Made by a program: the position numbers and the translations under genes. Positions 1 to 9,174 of a DNA stretch of 64,000 bases are shown here, piece by piece (position 1 is the first letter of the stretch; each line of letters starts with the position of its first letter). The stretch spans positions 4,032,001 through 4,096,000 of the forward strand of contig OZ241867.1 in the NCBI GenBank assembly GCA_965203175.1, in the 5' to 3' direction. The DNA comes from Candidatus Latescibacterota bacterium. Its GTDB lineage: Bacteria; Latescibacterota; UBA2968; UBA8231. The notes below the pieces were generated by a model. It saw nothing but the letters and a program-made list of their open reading frames with translations, searched no databases and had not been told where the DNA came from.

Positions 1-101
1 TAGATGAGGAGTTAAACCTGCGCTGATTTTGTTCATAAGTGCTTGTATTATACGAAATTCTGAAACTTAATCAAGAGAAAAGTAACAGAGACATAAGCGC
101 G

Positions 102-1109
102 TCACGGGGCCTGTAATTGAGGGGCGGAAAGGGTTTTCAAAAAGGCCACGAGGGCGCGTTTGTCGGCTGGGTCGAGGTCGAGGTTGGGCCGGACGAGCAA
201 CAGTGGGTCGGTGAGGATCGTGCGGTGAAATCCAGAGTCGTAGTGCTCGACGACTTCCTCTAAGGTCTGAAAGCGACCGTCGTGCATGTAAGGCGCGGTA
301 TATTCTACATTGCGCAGGGTCGGCGTCTTGAATTTACCGCGGTCGAGGCGTTTGCCGGTGAGCGCGGCCAGCCCCTCATCCGGGGGATCTAGGTCCAGCC
401 CATTGTTGTGGAACTCGTTGTCGGTGAAAAGCGGTGCGACGTGGCAGTGGAAGCAGTCGCCCTCTTCGTTGTGAAAGAGGATGAAACCCCGTTCCTCTTC
501 TGGGGTAAACTCCGCTTGGCCGGCCAGCCAGCGGTCGTATTTGCTGTCCGCCGAAATGAGGGTGCGCTCGAATTGGGCGATGGCTTGGACGACGCGTCGC
601 TGGTCGATGGGAGCGTCGCCAAAGGCGCGGGCGAAGAGCGTGGGATATTCGGCGTGGCGCTCCAGTTTGGCTATCACGCGGTCCCAATCTTCGCCCATTT
701 CCGTGGGGCTCTGCACGGGTTCAATGGCTTGGTCTTCGAGGCTGGCTGCGCGCCCGTCCCAGAAAAAGGACCGACTCCAGAGCAAGTTAAAAAGCGGCAT
801 GGAGTGGCGGCTGGTGACGCCGCCGACGCCTTGGCTAAAGGGCCGAGGATCGGAGAAGGCGTGGTCGGGTAGGTGGCACGAGGCGCAGGCTATGGTGCTA
901 TCGATGGAGAGGATGGGGTCGGCAAAGAGCCGTTCTCCGAGGGCGATGCCCTCGACGGTCAAGGGATTGTCCGGCGGGATTGCCGGCGCGGGAAATCCCG
1001 CCGGCACGGCTAGTTTGTAGGGGGTTGGGGCAGGCGGAGGGGTAGGGGGTACACCCGCGTCTTTGCCGCAGGCGACTAGCCCTAGCAGGATTAGTGCCCC
1101 AAGCCCCAT
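102..1109 (-). CDS. Di-heme cytochrome c peroxidase family lipoprotein (MbnH/MauG-like)
   Basis: Two CxxCH motifs (CASCH, CFHCH); FWDGRA, FKTPTLRNV and APYMHDGRF motifs; lipobox LVAC after the ATG at 1109 (ORF track extends to 1178). Confidence 0.88.
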   Translation of the reverse strand: MGLGALILLGLVACGKDAGVPPTPPPAPTPYKLAVPAGFPAPAIPPDNPLTVEGIALGERLFADPILSIDSTIACASCHLPDHAFSDPRPFSQGVGGVTSRHSMPLFNLLWSRSFFWDGRAASLEDQAIEPVQSPTEMGEDWDRVIAKLERHAEYPTLFARAFGDAPIDQRRVVQAIAQFERTLISADSKYDRWLAGQAEFTPEEERGFILFHNEEGDCFHCHVAPLFTDNEFHNNGLDLDPPDEGLAALTGKRLDRGKFKTPTLRNVEYTAPYMHDGRFQTLEEVVEHYDSGFHRTILTDPLLLVRPNLDLDPADKRALVAFLKTLSAPQLQAP

Positions 1110-1113
1110 GGAG

Positions 1114-1914
1114 TTATCCCCCAACGTGTTCGTCGTGATCTTGCGCTGCACGGTCTTGTTCGACTTCCTCTTCCCCATGGACTTGGCCGACGTGGTCGGG
1201 GTTTCCGATGGGCCCTAGAGAAAAGACCGTAGCGCCGTTGCTTTGTAAGGTCAATTGCGCGTCGGCGTTGCTCATAATTCCGCCGCGGCCGTTAAAGTCG
1301 TACAGGGATGGCGCGTCGTACCACTCGTTGAGATCCATCACCACGGCGATTGCCCACTCGTCTCCGCTTACTGTTAGGGAAAGCGGCAGGGAGACGTCAA
1401 GCGAAAAGTCTTCCCCTCCCGCCGGTCCGGTGTGCGTGAGAAAGGCTCCTTCGCCGTCGTTGGTGCGGAAGAGGCCCTCCATGCGCATGTAGTGGTAGCC
1501 GCCGCCCATGGGAGTAGGCCAAGCCATGTTGTTGAAGTGATCGACGCTCGGCAGCGCGCCGGTCTCGTTTTTAGCGCCGTCGATGCCAAAGGTAAAGTGC
1601 AGAACCGTGTATCCGCCACCGGGCACCTTGGCCGAAACGCTGCGGGTCGCATTGACAAAGGCGTTGCGATAGTGGAATTCGGCCAGTTCGACGCGCTTGC
1701 CCCCGGCTGTCTCCAAGGCTATATCGGAGACGATGTACTCCAGGCGAGTGACGCCGTATTCGTTACCCGCGGCGTTGGTATAGAGAATATCTTCGTGCTT
1801 GAGGTCAGCACCGGCGACGGTGTGGTTGAAGTGGACGGTCACCTCGCCTTGGTCGTCGTCAGAGTCGCCGCAGGCTAGCAGAAAGCAACAAGCGACTAAT
1901 ATGAGATATTTCAT
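1114..1914 (-). CDS. MbnP-family periplasmic copper-binding lipoprotein
   Basis: Lipobox LLAC; YTNAAGN...LEYIVSDIAL, FTFGID and MAWPTPMGGGYHYMRMEG segments typical of MbnP-like proteins; directly upstream of the di-heme peroxidase. Confidence 0.75.
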   Translation of the reverse strand: MKYLILVACCFLLACGDSDDDQGEVTVHFNHTVAGADLKHEDILYTNAAGNEYGVTRLEYIVSDIALETAGGKRVELAEFHYRNAFVNATRSVSAKVPGGGYTVLHFTFGIDGAKNETGALPSVDHFNNMAWPTPMGGGYHYMRMEGLFRTNDGEGAFLTHTGPAGGEDFSLDVSLPLSLTVSGDEWAIAVVMDLNEWYDAPSLYDFNGRGGIMSNADAQLTLQSNGATVFSLGPIGNPDHVGQVHGEEEVEQDRAAQDHDEHVGG

Positions 1915-1993
1915 GGGATATTCCTTTTGCTGAGAACGAGAACCATTACTCCGCTTGTTCGTCTGTTTTTAACACGGTACATTACCAAATAGG

Positions 1994-3484
1994 ATGCGCC
2001 AATTTGTCGAATCTGTCCAAATGACCAAGGGCAAGCCCACCTCCGGCGAGCGTCCGCGGACGCGGATCGGCCATAAGCTGATCCTGAGCTTCGTGCTGCT
2101 GGTCATGGTCGTCGTGGGGCTATCCGGCTGGGTGCTCTTCGAACTGACGGACCGCAGCTTGGAGCGGCAGATGCGCAACCATCTCGTATCGATTGCCACG
2201 CTGGTGAGCACGAACCTGTCCGGCAACGTGCTGAGCTACCTGCGCCCCGGACGCGAGCACTCCGATCTCTACCGGAGATTAATGAGTAAATTGCAGCGCG
2301 CCGAACAAGGGGTTGGTGCCCGGCACATCTTCGTTTTTGACCGCGAGTACCGATCGCTGCTCGACACGGATGGCCTGATGCCCATTGGCCGCGAGTACCC
2401 CAAACTGCTCTTCGACAGCCGGGAGCTGGAGCGAGTTTGGAAGGGCCATACTGCGCATTCGGTGCTTTTTTACGACGACGATGTCCCGTACATGACAGGC
2501 TACGCCCCGATCTTTCACGACGGAGAGGTTGTCGCGGCCGTTGGGGTCGAAATCGGGGCCGGGTTTGTGGATTCCATCCGCGTCTTTGGGCGGTCGGTGC
2601 TGATCTTTGCCGTGTTGGGTGCGTTGCTTACTGTTGGGATGGCGTGGGGGTTGGCGCGGACGCTAACGCGGCCCATCCAGAAGCTGGTCGAGGCCGCGCG
2701 CGAAATCGGCCGGGGCAACATGGACCAAGAGGTGGCCACCGCGTCCGACGACGAAATCGGCTATTTGGGCGAGACCATGGAGGAGATGCGTCGCAAGCTG
2801 GTAGCCCGCGACGCCCAACTGCGCCTCATGCTGGGCGGCGTTGCCCACGAGATCCGCAACCCTCTGGGCAGCATTGATCTATACGCTGGCCTGATCGCCG
2901 GCGATTTGCCGGCCAGCGACGAGCGCAAGCAACACATCGAGAAGGTCATCGAGGAAGTGCGCCGGCTCAATGGCGTAATTTCCGAGTTTATCGAATTCGC
3001 CCGGCCAGCGCCGGCGCAGCCGCAACCGACCGCACTAGCACCGCTGGTGGCCGACGCGGCCTTCCTGCTGACCCCGGAAATGCAGGCGGCGGGCATCCGC
3101 TACGAGGAACACGTCGCGCCCGACTTAATGTGCTACATTGACGCTGAGCAGATGGGGCGGGCGCTGGTCAATCTGATGAAGAACGCCGTCCAGGCCATGC
3201 GCGATGGTGGGCATTTGACGGTCCGGGCCACGGTCGAGGGCGAGGGGGTCGTCGTCGAGGTGGGTGACGATGGTCCGGGTATGTCGGAAGAGGTGCAGGC
3301 GCGCCTTTTTGAGCCTTTCTTTACGACCAAAGAGAAGGGATCGGGTTTGGGGATGGCGCTGGTGGCACGGGCGGTTGAGAAAAACCGCGGCTGGATCGAG
3401 ATAGACAGTCGGCAAGGTGTAGGCACGGTGTGCCGCATGCGCCTGCCGCAGTCCGAAGATAGGGTATCATGGGCAGGATTCTGA
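1994..3484 (+). CDS. Membrane sensor histidine kinase (2 TM, HAMP, HisKA, HATPase)
   Basis: H-box VAHEIRNPL, N-box NLMKNA, DDGPG, FEPFFTTKEKGSGLG. Start may be 2021. Confidence 0.93.
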   Translation: MRQFVESVQMTKGKPTSGERPRTRIGHKLILSFVLLVMVVVGLSGWVLFELTDRSLERQMRNHLVSIATLVSTNLSGNVLSYLRPGREHSDLYRRLMSKLQRAEQGVGARHIFVFDREYRSLLDTDGLMPIGREYPKLLFDSRELERVWKGHTAHSVLFYDDDVPYMTGYAPIFHDGEVVAAVGVEIGAGFVDSIRVFGRSVLIFAVLGALLTVGMAWGLARTLTRPIQKLVEAAREIGRGNMDQEVATASDDEIGYLGETMEEMRRKLVARDAQLRLMLGGVAHEIRNPLGSIDLYAGLIAGDLPASDERKQHIEKVIEEVRRLNGVISEFIEFARPAPAQPQPTALAPLVADAAFLLTPEMQAAGIRYEEHVAPDLMCYIDAEQMGRALVNLMKNAVQAMRDGGHLTVRATVEGEGVVVEVGDDGPGMSEEVQARLFEPFFTTKEKGSGLGMALVARAVEKNRGWIEIDSRQGVGTVCRMRLPQSEDRVSWAGF

Positions 3485-4938
3485 TTATCGATGACAACCA
3501 AAGCCTTGGCGACGGGCTGGTGCTCAGCTTGAACAAAATGGGGCATCAAGCCGTTTCCGTAGGGAGCGGTCGCGAAGGTTTGGCGCGGATGAAGGACGAG
3601 CCTTTTGACTTGGTCATTACTGACTATCGCATGGAGGAGATGGACGGCTTGGCGGTGATGGAGGCGGTACAGCGCCAAGCACCAGATACCGATGTGATGA
3701 TGATGACGGCCTACGACACCCGGGAGTTGGCTGTAGAGGCGATGGAGCGGGGGGCGATCGACTTTATCGTCAAACCCTTCCTGCCCGATGAACTGTGGCT
3801 GAAGGTCAATAAGCGGCTTGACTATCGGACCAAGCTGCGGGAAGCCCAAACCAAATTGCGGGAAGCCCAAACCCTCCGCCGAGAAGCCGAGGCCAAGTTG
3901 CAGGACTGGGAGCACTTATTCGAGCAGAACCGCTACCTGCGTGAAGAGATCGACAGCCGTTACAACTTCGGCGAGATCGTCGGCCAGTCTCCGCAGATCA
4001 AGGCTGTGCGCGAGCGAGTGCATAAGGTGGCGTCGTCATCGTCGTCGGTGCTCATCTATGGGGAAAGCGGCACCGGCAAGGAGTTGGTCGCCCGCGCCAT
4101 CCACTACCAGAGCAGCCGCAGCAAAGGCCCGTTCGTCAAGGTCAACTGTGGTGCCTTGCCGACTGGGTTGGTTGAAAGCGAGTTGTTTGGGCACGAGCGA
4201 GGGGCTTTTACCAGCGCGGTGCGGAGCAAGAAGGGAAAGTTTGAATTGGCCGAGGGAGGGACGATTTTTTTAGACGAGATCGGCGATGTACCTTTGGAGA
4301 CCCAAGTTCGGCTGTTGCGGGTGTTGCAGGAAAAGCAGTTTGACCGCGTGGGGGGCGAGCAGACGCTCGACGTAGATGCGCGGGTGGTGGTGGCCACCAA
4401 CCGACCGCTCAAGCGCATGGTCGAAGAGGGCACCTTCCGCGAGGATCTCTTCTATCGGCTGGAGGTCATCCCTCTCACCTTGCCGCCGTTGCGGGAACGG
4501 CGAGAGGACATTGAGCTGTTGGTGAAACACTTTACGCAAAAAAAATGTGGGGAAATGAACATCCCGCCCAAGCGTCTAACTGAAGAAGCCCTAGCTGTCT
4601 TGAAAAGTTACCCTTGGCCGGGCAATGTGCGCGAGCTGGAAAACATTATCGAGCGCACGATGGTGTTAGTTGACGGCGAGGAAATCGGCTACCACGATTT
4701 GCCGCTGACCTTTGACGAGGAAATGGCTGACGAGGGGATGCCCAACGAGGGGATGCCCAACGAGGAGGCCTCCGACGACGGGAGCTTACTACTCAACGAA
4801 CGCCTCGACGCGGTGGAGCGCGACTTAATCGCTCGGGCGATGGAGGAAGCAGATCACGTCAAGACCAAGGCAGCTTCGCTTTTGGGGATTAAGACTAGTG
4901 CTCTGTACTACAAGCTCGACAAATACGGTCTAGATTAG
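3469..4938 (+). CDS. Sigma54-dependent response regulator (NtrC family: REC-AAA+-Fis HTH)
   Basis: REC (LIIDD...ITDYRM), Walker A GESGTGKE, GAFTSA variant loop, FLDEIG, WPGNVREL, C-terminal HTH. Confidence 0.95.
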   Translation: MGRILIIDDNQSLGDGLVLSLNKMGHQAVSVGSGREGLARMKDEPFDLVITDYRMEEMDGLAVMEAVQRQAPDTDVMMMTAYDTRELAVEAMERGAIDFIVKPFLPDELWLKVNKRLDYRTKLREAQTKLREAQTLRREAEAKLQDWEHLFEQNRYLREEIDSRYNFGEIVGQSPQIKAVRERVHKVASSSSSVLIYGESGTGKELVARAIHYQSSRSKGPFVKVNCGALPTGLVESELFGHERGAFTSAVRSKKGKFELAEGGTIFLDEIGDVPLETQVRLLRVLQEKQFDRVGGEQTLDVDARVVVATNRPLKRMVEEGTFREDLFYRLEVIPLTLPPLRERREDIELLVKHFTQKKCGEMNIPPKRLTEEALAVLKSYPWPGNVRELENIIERTMVLVDGEEIGYHDLPLTFDEEMADEGMPNEGMPNEEASDDGSLLLNERLDAVERDLIARAMEEADHVKTKAASLLGIKTSALYYKLDKYGLD

Positions 4939-4940
4939 CG

Positions 4941-5831
4941 ATGAAAAACTCATTTGTTTTTTTGTTAGTCTTGGGATTTGCGCTGCCCGGATCCGCACAT
5001 GGAGACTCGGTAAGTCTGGGCGACCTAAAGACCCAATACCGCGCCTTGGAAAGCCAACGCGATTCCCTCGCCGGCCAGCGCTTGCGGGTTGAGGCCGAAG
5101 CTGAAGCACTGTCGGCTAGCATCGACAGCCTGAAGCTGAGTGCACCGAATTCCGCGGCGCTGCAGGAAGCTCTGCTCTCCTCGCTTGGGTTGGTGCAGCG
5201 CATGGTCGAGATCGAGTGGAAGTTGGTGGCTTTAGAGGCGCGGCAGGATAGTTTGGCCGAGCGCTTGTGCCTCGCCTATGACTGGGAAATCGGTGTGCTC
5301 ATCCAGAAGTTGGCCGAGCAACCAGATCAAGGCCTGTCGATCCAACTCACGCTCTATCAGGAGGCACGGGAACAGCTCGGGGTCGGGATCCGCAGCGCCA
5401 ACCTGCACTACAGCGAGCAGATGAAGATTGAGGTAGAAGATGGGCCGGACGAGATCCAGCAAAAGCAAGAGTTATTGGAGGATATCGCCGACCGCCTCAA
5501 GGCCGAATGGAGCGCTAACGCCGACCTGTTGCGTCGCTTAGAGGCCGAGTACCGGCTGTGCGCTAGGGCGGAGCAGGCGCGGGCCAAAGCACAGCGGGCC
5601 GAAGAGCGGGTTTTGGTGAGTGGGGAACAGCCACAGGAGCAAGTGCGGCTTCTCAGGCAAGACGAGTCCTTGGCCGAATTTGATCTCGAATCGTCGATTG
5701 CCGAAGTCGCACTGAAAATTCACAAGCTGAAGGCCCGCCAACAGGAAATCCTGCAGCTACAGGCCGTGGTCGAAGAACGCGCCGAGGCGTTCCGGCGCTA
5801 CTTGCGCAGCATGTTAGAGGGTGAGGAATAG
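4941..5831 (+). CDS. Hypothetical secreted coiled-coil protein
   Basis: N-terminal signal peptide, long heptad-rich E/L/Q/A sequence, starts 2 bp after the regulator stop. Confidence 0.7.
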   Translation: MKNSFVFLLVLGFALPGSAHGDSVSLGDLKTQYRALESQRDSLAGQRLRVEAEAEALSASIDSLKLSAPNSAALQEALLSSLGLVQRMVEIEWKLVALEARQDSLAERLCLAYDWEIGVLIQKLAEQPDQGLSIQLTLYQEAREQLGVGIRSANLHYSEQMKIEVEDGPDEIQQKQELLEDIADRLKAEWSANADLLRRLEAEYRLCARAEQARAKAQRAEERVLVSGEQPQEQVRLLRQDESLAEFDLESSIAEVALKIHKLKARQQEILQLQAVVEERAEAFRRYLRSMLEGEE

Positions 5832-5873
5832 TCCGCACCGGATGGGATGTAGGGATTTGCAGGGTGAGGAGCC

Positions 5874-6230
5874 TCACTCACCCGCGTGCAATCCTCGGCT
5901 GACTTCCACTACATTGTCTCGCGTCGCGCCAAAGGCGCATTTGAGCCGTTGATAAGCTGCCCACGGGTCTGTCTGGTGGCCGCAAGTAAAGAGGTCGAGA
6001 GCGGCATAACCGCGCTCGGGCCACGTGTGGATGGCCAAGTGGCTCTCCTGGACGATGAGCACGCCGGTGACTCCTCCCGGAGTGAAACGATGGAATGCAG
6101 TGCCCAAGACGCGGGTGCCGGCCGCTTTGGCCGCGGCCTGCAGCTCGGCTGCGATATAATCTGGGTCGTCGAGCCGTGCGCGGTCGCAGCCGTAGAGATC
6201 GACGAGTAGATGGCGGCCTATGGCCTGCAT
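5874..6230 (-). CDS. speD: S-adenosylmethionine decarboxylase proenzyme
   Basis: GRHLLVDLYGC, FHRFTPGGVTGV, self-cleavage motif ESHLAIHTWPE, DLFTCG. Confidence 0.95.
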   Translation of the reverse strand: MQAIGRHLLVDLYGCDRARLDDPDYIAAELQAAAKAAGTRVLGTAFHRFTPGGVTGVLIVQESHLAIHTWPERGYAALDLFTCGHQTDPWAAYQRLKCAFGATRDNVVEVSRGLHAGE

Positions 6231-6281
6231 TGGAGCGCGCTTGAGCGTGGGTACAGAGACTTGTAAGCTGCAACCAGGCCC

Positions 6282-6470
6282 TCAGACATATTCGACGATG
6301 TCAGTGGGCAGGCACTTGAGATCCCGGCATATATTGGAGAGGGTGTACGGGTCCATGTCCTCCGTGCCTTGGTCGATGGCCTTTTTGATGTGCTGATAGG
6401 TGGTCAGGTTGATTTCGGGTTTGCGCTCTTCGAGCATCTGTTCGATCGCTTCTTTCTTAAAGCGGATCAT
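6282..6470 (-). CDS. Small Cro/C1-like HTH protein
   Basis: 62 aa with GGAGG RBS; C-terminal TLSNICRDLKCLPTDIVEYV resembles YozG/HTH_26 proteins. Confidence 0.6.
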   Translation of the reverse strand: MIRFKKEAIEQMLEERKPEINLTTYQHIKKAIDQGTEDMDPYTLSNICRDLKCLPTDIVEYV

Positions 6471-6530
6471 GCGACCTCCTCGCTTGCGGGTGGGCTAAGT
6501 AAGTAAGGTCAGGCTGCGGCTGCCGTCAAA

Positions 6531-6559
6531 GTAGGGGGCGGTTTGAAACCGCCCCCTAC
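6531..6559. repeat. REP-like palindrome / probable terminator hairpin
   Basis: GTAGGGGGCGGTTT-G-AAACCGCCCCCTAC perfect inverted repeat with GTAG ends, abutting the stop codon of the MacB-like permease. Confidence 0.65.
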
Positions 6560-7806
6560 TATTCGTAGCGCAGGGCGTCTATGGGGTTGAGGAGGGCGGC
6601 TTGGTAGGCTGGGTAGATACCGAAACCAATGCCGACCGCGGCCGAAACCCCAAAGGCGAGGGCAATCGTCCAGGGCTGAACGATGGTGCGCCAGCCCGCG
6701 TACAAAGTGATCGCTTCCGGGATGGCGTAGCCCAGCACGACCCCAATCAGGCCGCCGATTAGGCTGACCAACAGCGCTTCGACCAAAAACTGCGCGAGGA
6801 TGTCGCGCTGGCGCGCGCCCACGGCGAGGCGGAGGCCGATTTCGCGCGTGCGCTCAAGCACGGAGGCCAACATGATATTCATGATGCCGATGCCGCCGAC
6901 TAACAGGGAGATGCCGGCGATGCAGCCCATGACGATGTTGAAGATCTGCTGCGTTTTCTGGCTTTGGCGCAACAACTCTTCGGGAATGGCGATCTTGAAG
7001 TCCTCGACGCCGCGATGCCGCCGGTTGAGGATGGTGCGGACGATGGCTGCGGCCTCTGGCAATTGGTCGGAGTTGGGGATCTTGACGGTGATTTGGGTCA
7101 GCTCGGGCTCGCCCGCCTCTCGATGGAAGCGGTTGAGCAGGGCCGTCAGCGGGACGTAGATGTCCTCGTCGGTGTTGCGCACTTCGAGCACGCCGCCGAT
7201 TTTGCCGCCGGCCGCGCCCTTGTCTTCGAGCACGCCGATGACCGTAAACCACTGGTTGCGGATTTTGACCCGGCCGCCCAAGGGATTGTCAAAAAAGAAC
7301 AGCGCCCGTTTGGCGTCTGCGCCCAACACGCAGACGCGCTTGGCGGTGTTCAGGTCTTCGGTAGAAAAAAACACTCCGCTGCCCATGCGGGCGTCGAGTA
7401 CGGTCAGATAATCGGGGGTCGTGCCCACCGCCATGGTGCGGAAGGTGTGGTCTTGGGCTTGGGCTTTGACTTTGACCTCGCGCTGGGGGGTGACGTAGTC
7501 CGCCAAAAGGCAGATGCGGGCAATCGACCGCGCATCGTCCCAAGTCAGGCCCGGAGAGCGATTATGGTCGGCATCGGCCGCTTCGATCCCCTCGTCGGCT
7601 TCTTTTTCCCAGTGTTGGACGATAATATTGCTAATGCCCATCTGACGGATTTGTTCGAGGGATTCCTGCTTGGCGCCCTCGCCGATGGAGAGCATGGCAA
7701 TGACCGCGGCCACGCCGAAGATGATACCGAGCATAGTCAGCAGGGTCCGCAGCTTGTGCGAGAGCAGGCCGACTAGGCTCAAAGAGGCGGTTTCGCGTAG
7801 ATCCAT
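6559..7806 (-). CDS. MacB/FtsX-type ABC transporter permease
   Basis: LRTLLTMLGIIFGVAAVIAM, GGIGIMNIMLASVLERTREIGLRLAVGA, PAYQAALLNPIDALRYE. Confidence 0.95.
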   Translation of the reverse strand: MDLRETASLSLVGLLSHKLRTLLTMLGIIFGVAAVIAMLSIGEGAKQESLEQIRQMGISNIIVQHWEKEADEGIEAADADHNRSPGLTWDDARSIARICLLADYVTPQREVKVKAQAQDHTFRTMAVGTTPDYLTVLDARMGSGVFFSTEDLNTAKRVCVLGADAKRALFFFDNPLGGRVKIRNQWFTVIGVLEDKGAAGGKIGGVLEVRNTDEDIYVPLTALLNRFHREAGEPELTQITVKIPNSDQLPEAAAIVRTILNRRHRGVEDFKIAIPEELLRQSQKTQQIFNIVMGCIAGISLLVGGIGIMNIMLASVLERTREIGLRLAVGARQRDILAQFLVEALLVSLIGGLIGVVLGYAIPEAITLYAGWRTIVQPWTIALAFGVSAAVGIGFGIYPAYQAALLNPIDALRYE

Positions 7807-7814
7807 TCGTGCGC

Positions 7815-9161
7815 CTAGGGCGAGGGCAAGGCGTCGGCCGATTCCATGAGGCCGCTGGTGTCGGTCGCTTGGAGCGGATCGCGCAGGGTGATGTGATCGT
7901 CGGGTGCAAGCCCTTCTTCGACGATGACAAAGTCCTCGTTTTTCTGGCCCAGCTTCACTTCCCGTTCCTCGGGCTGACCGCCCACTAGACGATAGACGAG
8001 GGTGCGTCCATCTTTCTCAAAGATCGCGTCTAGGGGGATGTAGAGGGGCATAGGCGCGGCACTAGCGACCTCGGCGGTGGCCTCGTGTTGCACGGAGTCT
8101 GGAGTGGCCGCTGGCCTAGGTGGGATGGTCTCGACGATGACGTGAGACGTGGCGGTCATGCCGGGTTTGAGGCGGACATCTTCTTCTTCGATTTGGATGA
8201 TCACGTCGAAGACTTTGACGTTTTTTTCACCTTCTTTCTCGCGGCCGAGCGAGGCGATGCTCTTGATTTTGCCGTGGAACGTTGGTTCGGGCAGAGCGTC
8301 GAGCTTGATGGTGGCGACTTGGCCGGTGTCGAGCTTATCGACCTCGATCTCGTTGACGTACGTTTTGACCTGCATGTGGGAGAGGTCGGGCAGAGAAATG
8401 ACGTTGACGCCGCCCCATATCTCGTCGCCGACGCGGATCTTTTCCGGCCGCTCGCCCTTCCACACCTTGCCGTACACGACTAAACCGGGCTTTTCGGCCT
8501 TGATGGTCGTGCTTGCCAGATCGTCGCGCGACTTTTTCAAATCGCGCTCTTGGCGTTCGATGTTGAGTTGGCGCTTTTTGACTTCAGCGGCGTTGACGAT
8601 TTTTTGCGAGGCCAGTTTTTCGATGGCCTGCTGATGGCTCAGCTTGGCTTTGTGGGCCTCGATTTCGGCTTCTTCCTTTTGCACGGTGGCCTCAAAGACC
8701 ATGCGCTCGACCGTTAGCTCGGCCAAGCGCAAATTGGCCTCCTCGTTGGCAATATCGGCTTCGAGCTTGGCGATTTCGGCCTTTTGGGTGGCTAGCGTTT
8801 TTTCTAGGTCGGCCTTAGCGGACTCGACCTCCTGTTCGGCGTCCATGACCCGCTTCTGAAAATCCGTCTGTTCAAATTGGACCAATAGGTCGCCGACTGC
8901 GACCTGCTCTCCTTCGGGAAACAACTCGACGATTTTGAGCTGGCCTCTAACGCGAGGCGCGACGACGTTTTCAGCCTCTACCGCTTCCAACTCGCCGCCT
9001 TTGAGCTTGAGTTCGATGACGAATTCGCCCTGCTGGACTGGGTACGTGGGGATGGAGGATTCGGCTTCGTCGGGCATCAAGTACCCACCAAGCCAAACTC
9101 CCCCCAGGACGACGGCTAAGAGTAGGCAGAGGATCCACCATAGGCGTTTGATCTGTGTCAT
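7815..9161 (-). CDS. Efflux periplasmic adaptor (membrane fusion protein, MacA/HlyD-like)
   Basis: N-terminal TM, lipoyl-like PEGEQVAVGDLL, coiled hairpin, LKPGMTA. Start 9161 or 9185. Confidence 0.9.
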   Translation of the reverse strand: MTQIKRLWWILCLLLAVVLGGVWLGGYLMPDEAESSIPTYPVQQGEFVIELKLKGGELEAVEAENVVAPRVRGQLKIVELFPEGEQVAVGDLLVQFEQTDFQKRVMDAEQEVESAKADLEKTLATQKAEIAKLEADIANEEANLRLAELTVERMVFEATVQKEEAEIEAHKAKLSHQQAIEKLASQKIVNAAEVKKRQLNIERQERDLKKSRDDLASTTIKAEKPGLVVYGKVWKGERPEKIRVGDEIWGGVNVISLPDLSHMQVKTYVNEIEVDKLDTGQVATIKLDALPEPTFHGKIKSIASLGREKEGEKNVKVFDVIIQIEEEDVRLKPGMTATSHVIVETIPPRPAATPDSVQHEATAEVASAAPMPLYIPLDAIFEKDGRTLVYRLVGGQPEEREVKLGQKNEDFVIVEEGLAPDDHITLRDPLQATDTSGLMESADALPSP

Positions 9162-9174
9162 AAGCTTTTCCACT

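Noticed and set aside
1915-2020. Sigma54 promoter for the mbnP-like gene (minus strand TTGGCGCATCCTATTTGG)
   Set aside because: A -24-like element is present, but there is no GC at the required -12 spacing.
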